Positions 51,856-61,400 of a stretch of DNA of 64,000 nt are shown in pieces. The stretch is from Cyanophora paradoxa CCMP329. Lineage: Eukaryota; Plantae; Glaucophyta. Every line of letters starts with the position of its first letter. Positions within the stretch are counted from its first letter, which is position 1. Made by a program: the position numbers and the translations under genes. The stretch is from assembly GCA_004431415.1 (NCBI GenBank), contig QPMI01000496.1, positions 248,001 through 312,000 of the forward strand. Reading direction: 5' to 3'. The notes beneath the pieces were generated by a model that saw nothing but the letters and a program-made list of their open reading frames with translations, did not search any database and had not been told where the DNA came from.

Positions 51856-52536
51856 TCACAGCCTCGTCCTGCGTCCGCCAAACAGCGCCTTCATCTGGTT
51901 TACGCCCAGGTTCGGCTCGACCTCGTTGGGTGGCCCGGTTTTTACCTTCTGCTGATCGACGCTCTGTTTTGCGCGCGATTCCTCTGAGGCGATGAACCTT
52001 AGATCTGGGGCATCGATGGGGCGATGTTTATACAGCTCAGAACGGAGGAGCTCCTTGAGCTTCTTGCGTTCCTGTTTATCTTTGACGAAGCCCTCGATGG
52101 CAGCACTACGCGCCTCGAGATCGGTCACCTTTGCCAGCAGCTCGTCGTAGCTTTTTTTAGTCTCCTGACTCGCTTTTTTAAAAGAGCCAAGCTTGGGACC
52201 GTCATATGCTCTCTCTGAAGCGAGGGCGCGCAGCACGCGCTCTGCATCTGCGTCGATCTCGCCATCGCCAAGCGCCTCCATAGCGTCGAGCTGAAGCTTG
52301 CGGTCATCGACAGCAGTCGCGGCGGTAGACGCAGAAGCGATCGTTTTTAAAAGACCTGGTTGCATGATTGGGTTGGCGCTGCTCTCGTGGGATGGGTCTG
52401 GGACAGATAGCCCGGGGCTGACCCCAGCTTCGATCGCTGGGGCGTTAGGGCGTGTGTCTGGCTGGGTGTCAGCTGGCTCACGACGTCTGCGGAACCCGGC
52501 AGAGGGGATTCCGCGCGGCATGTTACTTATGCGCAT
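51856..52536 (-). CDS. Viral hypothetical protein (226 aa) with central coiled coil
   Basis: Intronless ORF starting 2 nt after the ATPase stop; KKSYDELLAKVTDLEARSAAIEGFVKDKQERKKLKELL. No family recognised. Confidence 0.7.
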   Translation of the reverse strand: MRISNMPRGIPSAGFRRRREPADTQPDTRPNAPAIEAGVSPGLSVPDPSHESSANPIMQPGLLKTIASASTAATAVDDRKLQLDAMEALGDGEIDADAERVLRALASERAYDGPKLGSFKKASQETKKSYDELLAKVTDLEARSAAIEGFVKDKQERKKLKELLRSELYKHRPIDAPDLRFIASEESRAKQSVDQQKVKTGPPNEVEPNLGVNQMKALFGGRRTRL

Positions 52537-52537
52537 G

Positions 52538-53284
52538 TTAATATAACAGAGATTTTAATTTAATCTTTTTAGCAACCTGGGCTTGATCGGCATTCTTATG
52601 CTCTTCGGGCCTTTTTAGCCACTTAACGAATGTAAAGCTCTTGTCTTCTATTGCTCTGTCAACAGCCCAGGCACTGTTATAGCTAGTGTCATCAAAAACG
52701 ATTGCTTGGTAATCATGGGCGTTCTCTTCAAACATGCTTAAAAACGCGTTCTTAGGAATGTGCGAAAACTCGCGATAAATCGCATCAAACTCGGTCTGAT
52801 TACTGTAGTTAAAGAAAAAGCAATAGTCAGCATTGCTGCGTATAGTCTGGGACAGGCCCGTGAGCTTTTGCGTCATTAGAATCGTGCTGATGTTGAAGTG
52901 CCGCCCCTGTACAAATAAACGATTCACCGCCTTCGAATGCCGAAGGTCAATTGTTTCGCTGGCCGCGACGAGATCATCTAAGACTAATATAATTTGCGGT
53001 GTGGGTTTGCCAGCGAGCTTGAGCCGCTTCTGGCGCTCGAAAATACCATCGACAAGCGCGGGATCGAAATCTTCATACACGTTTGACGACACGCCTGCGT
53101 ACTCCCCGTTAAAGCTCGTCGCTGAAAATACGTAGACATCGTCGATCCGCGGATAAAGCAAACGCAGAAGGTGCCTCGTACAATAAAATGATTTTCCCGA
53201 ATTCGACTTGCTGATAAACAGGATTTTAGCTGGAAGGCGTATCTTCGCCGCCTCGAAACGAGGCAGCTGATGGGTGGTCGTCAT
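52538..53284 (-). CDS. A32/FtsK-HerA-type genome packaging ATPase
   Basis: Walker A ISKSNSGKS, Walker B IILVLDD, and GRHFNISTILMTQ and IRSNADY motifs typical of A32 ATPases. Confidence 0.93.
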   Translation of the reverse strand: MTTTHQLPRFEAAKIRLPAKILFISKSNSGKSFYCTRHLLRLLYPRIDDVYVFSATSFNGEYAGVSSNVYEDFDPALVDGIFERQKRLKLAGKPTPQIILVLDDLVAASETIDLRHSKAVNRLFVQGRHFNISTILMTQKLTGLSQTIRSNADYCFFFNYSNQTEFDAIYREFSHIPKNAFLSMFEENAHDYQAIVFDDTSYNSAWAVDRAIEDKSFTFVKWLKRPEEHKNADQAQVAKKIKLKSLLY

Positions 53285-53308
53285 TATGTGTAAGCGATTA
53301 GAAAATGA

Positions 53309-54679
53309 TTATAGGTTCACACGGCGGAGCCCCGCCGCATCGACAATGAGCACGGAGTGGCACAGGGCGCGCACCTGGACCGTGTACTTCGTGGTCGACG
53401 CCGCGGCGGGGTTGTAGAGCGTGAGGAAAGCTGAGGAGCTGTTCGTCAAATCGACGAACCCCGTATTGGCGATGTTTCGAATCGACTTGTCCCCGGCAAG
53501 GCAGAAAGGCATACCACTAACGACGAAGCGATTGACCTGGGAGTCCATGTTTGAGCACTTGAAGCGATCGGCGATCAGCTCTGCACCCTGCAGGAGAGAG
53601 ACCGGCTCGTTCGAGTAGAGGCGCTGGCCGTTCAATTCCACTGTGAAAGTGATGTCTTTCTCGTTCGCTAGCGTCTTCAGAACGCTGTGGCCGCCATTCG
53701 TTGCAATTACAGCTGCACCATCGCGAATAGAGATGAACATCCCGTACACCAGCCCGCTGATCTGAGACAGGTTGATGCGGGAGGGGGCACCATTTGCTGA
53801 GAATGCAAAATTCTGCACGTCCACGTACTGTATTTCAGATGCCGGGATTGCAATGCCCGTCGTCTTAACTTTTTCGATGACCTGCGAGAAGGTAGCATCG
53901 TCGGTATTGACCATGTACGCAATCAGACGGAGCGAGGTGATCGCGGGGGCGGACGGGGTCGATCCACCGATTGCAGGTACGGGATTGAGAGCCGTGAGTG
54001 CGACGACCCCTGTCACGTTTCCGGAAAGGCCATCGTTAGCCGGCGCATCTGCGAGAGTGCTTAGAATGCGGGCCCCGTAGCTAGTCTCCAGAAATCCTTC
54101 AGTCCTACTCTTCATCCAGACGTCCACGGTAATCTCACCGCTGAGGGCACCAATCGGCAGCATCGACCCCTCCCATGGGACCGGAATCTTGCAAGTAAAG
54201 CTGCCACCAAGACGGTTAGTGCCCTGGGCGGGGGCGCCGTGAACCCAGCCGCCCGACCGATAGTTCTTCTTTAGCTCGCTCTCGCTATTGTAGACGAGCT
54301 GATAGGTCGCAAGCCAATCCTCCGGGACGATGTACGAATAGCTACCGTACTTAATCTCAATCCGCTTTGCAAGAGCACCTACAGGGCGAACGTATCCGTT
54401 CCGAATCAAGTCCGTGTCAGTATCAAACGCGGTGAGTGCCGGGAGGTTGAACTGCAGCTCGAGAGCCTGGCAAAAATGGTAGCGGGGCAGGTAGAAACTC
54501 ACGCGATTGCCGAAGCCGTCCGGGACATCGTTCGAGGGGTTCACCGTCACGCGTACGGGCTTAGTCTGCGAGGTCAGCCCGAGGCTCAGTTCGTTGTTCA
54601 TGAAAAACGCTTTCGCGTCCTCCGGAGTGGTTAGGAGCTCCTTGAGCGACAGCCGTTGGAGGTTGGTGGTGACGTCCAT
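53309..54679 (-). CDS. Major capsid protein (double jelly-roll), 456 aa
   Basis: Size, beta-rich sequence and position next to the ATPase; N-terminal FGNRVSFYLPR...LELQFNLPAL and KRIEIKYG; second-roll VELNGQRL and GFVDLT; terminal VLIVDAAG. Confidence 0.85.
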   Translation of the reverse strand: MDVTTNLQRLSLKELLTTPEDAKAFFMNNELSLGLTSQTKPVRVTVNPSNDVPDGFGNRVSFYLPRYHFCQALELQFNLPALTAFDTDTDLIRNGYVRPVGALAKRIEIKYGSYSYIVPEDWLATYQLVYNSESELKKNYRSGGWVHGAPAQGTNRLGGSFTCKIPVPWEGSMLPIGALSGEITVDVWMKSRTEGFLETSYGARILSTLADAPANDGLSGNVTGVVALTALNPVPAIGGSTPSAPAITSLRLIAYMVNTDDATFSQVIEKVKTTGIAIPASEIQYVDVQNFAFSANGAPSRINLSQISGLVYGMFISIRDGAAVIATNGGHSVLKTLANEKDITFTVELNGQRLYSNEPVSLLQGAELIADRFKCSNMDSQVNRFVVSGMPFCLAGDKSIRNIANTGFVDLTNSSSAFLTLYNPAAASTTKYTVQVRALCHSVLIVDAAGLRRVNL

Positions 54680-54724
54680 CGCGTTTTTTTTTTATGATAT
54701 CAAACTGTTTCGAAAATATTTTCG

Positions 54725-55651
54725 TCAATTTGCAGATCCAACCCAGGGCCAGCTCTTCGTTTTCCGCCGAAGGGAGAGCTTCGCTACCTCGACAATCGGA
54801 TCGCAGTTCGGCTCGTCCTCCCCATACAGAATCTCGAGGGTAAGATGGATGGGCGCGTAGGTGAGAGCCAGGGTTTGCGCTGAATCGAGGACCTCAATAG
54901 TTAGCTTGCGTAGGTCTGTTTTCGAATAGAAATATTTCACGAGCGGATTGCTATCGGTTGACTCATAGAAAATTGTCTCTCCTGGTTTAATAGCCTGCGG
55001 GATTGAGATTCGAGCGAAGTAGCTAACTCCCCGAGCAGCCTGAACTAGATCGCCCAGCTCAGCGATGCGCAGATAAACGTGGCTGTCGGGGGTCATATCG
55101 GGTTCAGAAACGCAAAGGATGACATCCAGGCCCAGGCTCACCGACTTGGACGTCGTCGGCAAGATGCTAGGCAGACCCAAGAGGCGTGCCGTCCGCTCAG
55201 CGCGGGCGATATTTTGGTAATTGCGCGTCTCAGCGCCCGGAGTACCTTCAGGCATCATAAGAGCGATGCGGAACTCCCCATTTTTTGAAAACGTAATCGA
55301 TTTTGTGTCCGTATCGAATGTACAGCTAATTCCGTGCTCGACCAGCTCCCCATGAATTGCTGACGCGAGACTTGCTGCGGTATAGCTTCCTCCTGGAATT
55401 GTCACAGAAGCCCAGCTCGACCATTCACCGACGATGTACGTCTGGTAATAGATTTTCGTCGTAAAAACGAGGTCCAGTGGTCCATCTTCGGTTTTTGGAA
55501 CAGGAAGGAGTGTGTTTGGGATCTCTGCCTGGCGTAGCCTCACAGCCTTGACGCTCTCGTATACGCGCGGCAGTGTGACTGAGAATCTGGTCGGCCCCGT
55601 CGTGAGGTTGTCCGCCATATACGAGCTAATCGCGATTAATTCAGTCGGCAT
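54725..55651 (-). CDS. Minor capsid (penton) protein 1
   Basis: Start MPTELIAISS (ATG 55651); FSVTLPRVYESVKAVRLRQAEIPN, IPGGSYT..L and C-terminal LRKLTIEVLD...IHLTLEI match the single jelly-roll penton pattern. Confidence 0.8.
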   Translation of the reverse strand: MPTELIAISSYMADNLTTGPTRFSVTLPRVYESVKAVRLRQAEIPNTLLPVPKTEDGPLDLVFTTKIYYQTYIVGEWSSWASVTIPGGSYTAASLASAIHGELVEHGISCTFDTDTKSITFSKNGEFRIALMMPEGTPGAETRNYQNIARAERTARLLGLPSILPTTSKSVSLGLDVILCVSEPDMTPDSHVYLRIAELGDLVQAARGVSYFARISIPQAIKPGETIFYESTDSNPLVKYFYSKTDLRKLTIEVLDSAQTLALTYAPIHLTLEILYGEDEPNCDPIVEVAKLSLRRKTKSWPWVGSAN

Positions 55652-55701
55652 CGTTGTTTTTAAAAAAGGCTGATAAAAAAACCCGAGCTTTTTTAAAAAC
55701 A
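55652..55701. promoter_or_regulatory. 50-bp divergent intergenic region with a 15-bp inverted repeat (TTGTTTTTAAAAAAG / CTTTTTTAAAAACAA); putative viral promoter motif
   Basis: 55654-55668 is the reverse complement of 55688-55702. Each arm sits directly before an ATG. Confidence 0.65.
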
Positions 55702-56604
55702 ATGAGCGTAATCAACGTGCTGTTCGATAATCGCGATAGGGGCGCATCAGATGATGAGTCGAATTGGACCTTAGCGCTTAACAGTCCAATCCACTATCCT
55801 AGAGCGGTTCGACTCACGCATTTGGAGTTCGCGAACAGCATCTACACAAGCATCGCGGGCGAGACTCTCTCTGTGACTTACCCTGAGTACCCTGGGCAGG
55901 TCTTCGAGCTCGATGCTTTCGATCCTGGGCTCGTAAGCACCTTCAATTTCGGAGAAACAGACTCTCACAATTTCGGTTTGAGCTTCCGTGTGCCAGAGGG
56001 TGGTACGGTGGGGCTGTTCAAAATAATCCGCGACCCCGAGACGTCCAAGGTGACTGCTTATTCATCCAGGCTCTGCTCATTGAATTGTCGGTTTAAGGCG
56101 CTATCAAAGCTGCTTGGTCTGGAAACGGGTCGCACCTATATAATCGCCAATACCCCACCTCCAGCAGGGTCTCGGCCAGTTACAGCCCCGGAAAAGTGGC
56201 TCAGCGTCGACGGGATTCCTGTGACGACAAAGCACCCCGACTACGGCATTGATTTTACCGCGCGTGCACAGGCAATAACACTAGGTTTCGCATTCGAATT
56301 CCCTCGCATCGTTGATATGAATCCCGAGCAGTACCTTTTCTTGACTTGCGATCAACTGCGTCCCTTCGCGACGAATGTTAATCGTTCTGCAGACAGGAGC
56401 TGCAACTATGCAATTGCTAGGATCCAAGTGAGCCAGCCGATTGGCAGCTATGTTTACATAAACAATTCCAGCGAGCTCGAGTGGATTCCAATTAATGAAA
56501 AGCTGGTAATAAAGAGCCTTGAATTTGGCCTCGTCGATCGCGATGGTGACATCGTGAGCCTAAACGGGCTGCCCATCAGTGGCATGCTCCAATTCATCAT
56601 CTGA
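55702..56604 (+). CDS. Minor capsid (penton) protein 2
   Basis: MSVINVLFDNRDR...WTLALNSPIHYPRAVRLTHLEFANSIY and C-terminal IKSLEFGLVDRDGDIVSLNGLPISGMLQF fit the penton pattern. Confidence 0.82.
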   Translation: MSVINVLFDNRDRGASDDESNWTLALNSPIHYPRAVRLTHLEFANSIYTSIAGETLSVTYPEYPGQVFELDAFDPGLVSTFNFGETDSHNFGLSFRVPEGGTVGLFKIIRDPETSKVTAYSSRLCSLNCRFKALSKLLGLETGRTYIIANTPPPAGSRPVTAPEKWLSVDGIPVTTKHPDYGIDFTARAQAITLGFAFEFPRIVDMNPEQYLFLTCDQLRPFATNVNRSADRSCNYAIARIQVSQPIGSYVYINNSSELEWIPINEKLVIKSLEFGLVDRDGDIVSLNGLPISGMLQFII

Positions 56605-58087
56605 GATAGCGCCCGCGGAAATCGAGCCTGAATGCGTTCGTGATCATATGCGATAGGGAATAGATGCGCACCCAGGTACAGGACCGCGGCGTAATTAGGT
56701 GGACGTCACTGTGCGTTAAATCATAGCCTGACACGTCCGGATTTAGACTGAGAACACCGCTAAGGACGTTATTTTCGAAAACGCGCAGGCTCGAATCGCT
56801 ATTTAGAACAAACCCCGAGTCTGTCTCAACTTGGAAGCTTGTCATGAAACCACCTGTGAATTCAGCACCGTAGATGATGATCTGATGCAGCTCGTATGCG
56901 TGTGGGAGGCTGATCTGCAGCCAAGCTAGAGGCTGCCCTTCGAAGCCAACCCTATCAGGTCGCGCTAGCTCTGGCCCATGTGCATTCAGCACCGAGCTGC
57001 TAGTAAAAGCGACGTCTGGAATTTGATACCAATTCGAATCCATAGGAGGCGAGACAGTCAGCGAGCTCGATATAATCGCTGTGCTATCATTTGTTAGCTC
57101 GTAGTTGGCCAGCAAATAGCCGCACAAGCTCCGGAAATTCGAGGCCACCTCTGGAAGATTGAGCCATGCGTCTGTCTCGCTGATAAGATAGGCCAAGTTT
57201 GAAGCGCTCGCATCATCTAGCTTGCTCATTACGGCCGCTGGCAGCGGCACTGAAAGGCGATAGTACCTCGTCAGATTCCTGTCGGCGTCGCGTGGAAGGA
57301 TACTCAGCATTTCCTGGTGTGCAGATTTTTCGCTGGCATCCATGAGCATATTGATAAGCGGCGACCCTGTCAAGCTGAGCACCCAGCCCAGTGCTCCAAA
57401 CCCACTCGTCTCTGCGTAGGTATACCCAGCTTGTAACTCGTCACTGCGGCGCACCTCTCCACACGAGATCGAGACTAGAACTATCGGCTCATCTTCATCG
57501 AAAATCTCACGGCTATACGCGTATGCGGCCACGGATGGGTTGTTCAGGCATGCGATGGCCCCGTCAATCAGGCTGCGATCGCCCAGTTGATGCGGGGGGA
57601 AAAACGTGGGTGCGGCGCTGCTAGCCCGTACGGCATCTCGGATGCGAGTTCCTGCGTCCTGTCCCGTTTTTTTAAAAAGGATCGGCTGCATTCGAACGGT
57701 ATCGAAGCTTGATATGAGCAGGTACTTGCTAGCCTCCGCCAGCGTATAGTCGCCAACAACGGTACTCAGAACTGTCTCAAGTGGCCCAGCATCGTAGCGG
57801 CTTCCGGAAAGGATCGAGTACAGCGATCGCGGGTTCGCGAAAATCGCGGGGAGGTTCTCTTGATAGAGGCGTAAGATGTCTCCGGCCGTGAATCGGTAGG
57901 CCGTTCCGGAGCCCAGCTGGGGCGGAATGCAGAGGCCGGCCGCGATTATAGAGCCAGTGCTGGTGCCAGCAAAGAGATCGAATAGCTCACTTGCTGCCTT
58001 CCCCGTTACCTGCTCAATACGCTCTAGAATGCGGGTGATGACGATCCCGCGGGCTCCCCCGCCGCTTAGGCTAAGGACAGTCTTCAT
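56597..58087 (-). CDS. Patatin-like phospholipase fused to a C-terminal F5/8 type C (discoidin)-like domain
   Basis: LSLSGGGARG, AGTSTGS, ASSAAPTFF and LIDGA..NNP; C-terminal AFTSSS...WLQISL...FMTSFQV...WVRIY...FRLDFRG. Its 3' end overlaps the penton 2 gene by 8 nt. Confidence 0.9.
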   Translation of the reverse strand: MKTVLSLSGGGARGIVITRILERIEQVTGKAASELFDLFAGTSTGSIIAAGLCIPPQLGSGTAYRFTAGDILRLYQENLPAIFANPRSLYSILSGSRYDAGPLETVLSTVVGDYTLAEASKYLLISSFDTVRMQPILFKKTGQDAGTRIRDAVRASSAAPTFFPPHQLGDRSLIDGAIACLNNPSVAAYAYSREIFDEDEPIVLVSISCGEVRRSDELQAGYTYAETSGFGALGWVLSLTGSPLINMLMDASEKSAHQEMLSILPRDADRNLTRYYRLSVPLPAAVMSKLDDASASNLAYLISETDAWLNLPEVASNFRSLCGYLLANYELTNDSTAIISSSLTVSPPMDSNWYQIPDVAFTSSSVLNAHGPELARPDRVGFEGQPLAWLQISLPHAYELHQIIIYGAEFTGGFMTSFQVETDSGFVLNSDSSLRVFENNVLSGVLSLNPDVSGYDLTHSDVHLITPRSCTWVRIYSLSHMITNAFRLDFRGRYLR

Positions 58088-58169
58088 TTTACAGCCAATC
58101 CTTTTTAAAGAAGAGCGATTTTTTTAAAATCAAGGGCGACGAAGTCGTCATCAACAAAAACCAAGTCGA

Positions 58170-58405
58170 GCGAAGGGAGACCCTTCAACCCCCGCGGGCT
58201 CAGCAAAAACAAGGTCAACGTCAGCAAAAACCAGGTCGACGTCAGCAAAAACCAGGTCGACGTCAGCAAAAACGGTCAGCAAAAACAAGGTCGACGTCAG
58301 CAAAAACCAGGTCGACGTCAGCAAAAACGGTCAGCAAAAACGGGTCGACTTCGTCGACCAGCAAAAACCAAGCCGCAGAGCGGGGGTTGAAGGGTCTCCC
58401 TTCGC
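58170..58405. repeat. Composite repeat array copy 2, bounded by a perfect 26-bp inverted repeat (GCGAAGGGAGACCCTTCAACCCCCGC)
   Basis: 58170-58195 is the reverse complement of 58380-58405. 58189-58343 is identical to 51496-51650. A hairpin insert GTCGACTTCGTCGAC lies at 58344-58358. Confidence 0.95.
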
Positions 58406-58452
58406 CCCGACCTTTTTTAAAAAAATAAAATGCCCCCTCTTTTTAAAAACCG

Positions 58453-61400
58453 ATGTCATACGTTGTAAAAAAGCCTTTGCATCTACGATCTGATAGCTCC
58501 GAGTCTGTGGATGATCGCCTGATTAATATCGGCGTTTATGGCAGTGCACAGATCGACTTCAATGCAGACCGGGACATAAACCGGACGGAAAGCACCAGAC
58601 CAGCCGCTCTCATTTTAAAAAACAGTCACATCGCGGCCCCGGATGTCACTCAGCGCTTCGCTTTAGGCGTCCCTGAAAACGTGGTCGCTGAGATAGTCGG
58701 GACTAGGACCGTCCCACGCCGCCTGCGTATAGCCAAATCGGGGCTAGTAAGCCGCTTTGATTCAGGCCGACTAATTTTCAAGGTGCAGAACGAAAAAGGG
58801 ATCCACGCGGCGGCCCTTAGGCTAGTGGACGAATCTGATGCGCTCGCTAATAAAACGGCTGCGCAGGTCCCGGGACGCATTCTAGTAGGGGCTGGTGACT
58901 CAGAGATCAGTTCATCGATCGCGGCTTTCCCCACGGATCTACTGGCACCGGCGGCCTCCGCAACGAACAGCCTGTTCGGCTTTAATGCTGAAGCGCTGAA
59001 CGATGGGCCCCAGCCGAAACTGAGTCTGGCTTCGGATGCAGCGACGCTATCTCCTAGCTTAATCGAAGCTGATCGGCACTCAATCCCTCATAAACACAAC
59101 ACGTATGACCTGGGTCTGCGCACGAGGCAGTGGCGCAACATCCACGGAACGTCGATCTACCAAGATGGGGATAAGGTGATTACGCGCCCCGAGATCATCA
59201 ACATTCTGAATTATTATTTCCCCATAATTCCAATTCCACCAATCCCGCAGATCCCAGGCCTTCCGAAGCGCCCAGAGCCAGAACCAAACAAAGAGCGCGT
59301 CGCAGACGAATCGATCGCTTTCGGGCAGAACATCGTTTCTTGGGAGGCTGTCAGAAATCGACCCGTTTTAAAAACGTACAAGCATCCACACGAAGAGTAT
59401 CTACCGCCAGATATCGAGCCTTTCCCGCTGGAATTGCAGCCTGAGCCTGCAGATCAAGTAATCCCCGATGGACTGGACGTGCAAGAGATAGAATACGATC
59501 AACCACGAATTCCGCACGAGGAGCTACTGCCCGAAGGGTTCGAGCCTCAGCTAATTGAAGCATTTACTTTCTGGGATGATATTCGAGAGCGGCCGCAGGC
59601 GTTCCCGCCAGCCGAGCACAGGCACGACGTAGACTGGGATGAAATTGAGGGCAAGCCTGACACGTTCCCACCTTCAGAGCACAGGCACGAGTGGGGAGAT
59701 CTCGATAACGTCCCTCTAACATTTCCACCCGATGTTCACAGGCACAATTGGGACGAAATCGATTTACAACCTACTTTTGCATCAGCAGGAAATATTATGA
59801 CTGATGGGACAAATGGTGTAAGTCTCTACCAAAATATTAACATCGAAGAAAGATTACGATTAAGTGAATATTACCTTAATCGTCGCGGAATTGATGCAGG
59901 CACCACAATGGAAGGCGAAATCTACATTAGACCACCCAGACGAATTGATTTAATCGGAGCAGGTGGGGGTGTTGAAGTGAGAGACACAAAACCAGGAATC
60001 TTTCTTACCAGTTACTACGCCGATGATATCCCGATGACAATGGGTTTACCTCCTCTACCATCCGATCCAATCAGCTATGCAAACAATAACGCAACAATAC
60101 AAATAAATGTAACAAATGTTAGCGATTTTGACGCATCGAGACCGAAATTAATATTCAGTCGTGAGCAACTCGCAGCAGAAACACTTTTGGGGAATCGTGA
60201 TGATTATAAACAATGTGAGATAGCATGGATCAAAACAAATTATAATGGTGCAGTTCCTGAAGGTCTCTTAGAAATCAATCAAAGAGCCTCAGCGAAAAAC
60301 ATTCACAACGAAAATATTTCAAGAGTCGTAACAGAGGATTATTTTCGATGGGAGAATATTCCAAGTCCACCACTGAAATTTCCACCAGAAGACCATACAC
60401 ACATTAAGGCAGATATTACGGATTTTGCACATACACATGTCAAAGCCGATATTACAGATTTCGCCCATACACATGTCAAAGCCGATATTACAGATTTCGC
60501 CCATACACATGTCAAAGCCGATATTACGGATTTTGCCCATACTCACGTCAAAGCAGATATTACGGATTTCGCACATACACACGTCAAAGCAGACATTACG
60601 GATTTTGCCCATACTCACGTCAAAGCAGATATTACGGATTTTGCCCATACTCATGTCAAGGCAGATATTACAGATTTCGCACATACTCACACAAAAGCAG
60701 ATATCTCAGATTTCGCACATACTCACACAAAAGCAGACATCTCAGATTTCGCACATAGGCATAATTGGGATGAAATCGATTTACAGCCTACTTTCGCATC
60801 GACAGGTAATGTTTTAACTGATGGGACAAATGGTGTAAGTCTATACCAAAACATTAACACCCCAGCAAGATTACTATTAAGTAGTTATTACGTGAATCGA
60901 AAAGGAATAGATGCAGGCACAACAATGGAAGGCGAATTATATATTCGACCACCCACAAGAACTACCTTAGTTGCAGCAGGCGGAAATTTTGGTTTGACGG
61001 ACACTCAACCAGGTATTTATTTAACAAGTTATTACGATAACGAAATAACCCTTACAGCGGGTTTACCACCTCTTCCATCTGATCCAGCGGCATATGATAA
61101 TAAAGACGCCGCCATACAGATAAACGTAACAGATGTAAGCGCTACTGATGCATCAAGACCCAAACTTATATTTACCCGTTCAAAATTCAATTATGCACCT
61201 CTTGCCGGAACACCCACAGATGATCACGGTAGATGTGAGATGGCGTGGATTAAAACGACATCCGGTGGCGCCTTAGAAGTCAATCAGAGAATGGCGGCGA
61301 AAAACTTACACAATACAACCCTTTCAGGTGTGGTTACGGATGATTACCTAACCAATAAAGGATATCTCACCTCCGCGGATTTAAGCAGTTATGCAACCGA

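Noticed and set aside
51496-58405. LTR retrotransposon (direct repeats as LTRs)
   Set aside because: There are no TG..CA termini, PBS/PPT or gag-pol; the interior holds DNA-virus capsid genes.
60319-60817. ORF-track proteins 60425..60817 (+) and 60319..60690 (-) with periodic sequence
   Set aside because: They are alternative-frame shadows of the 36-bp repeat inside the long fibre ORF.
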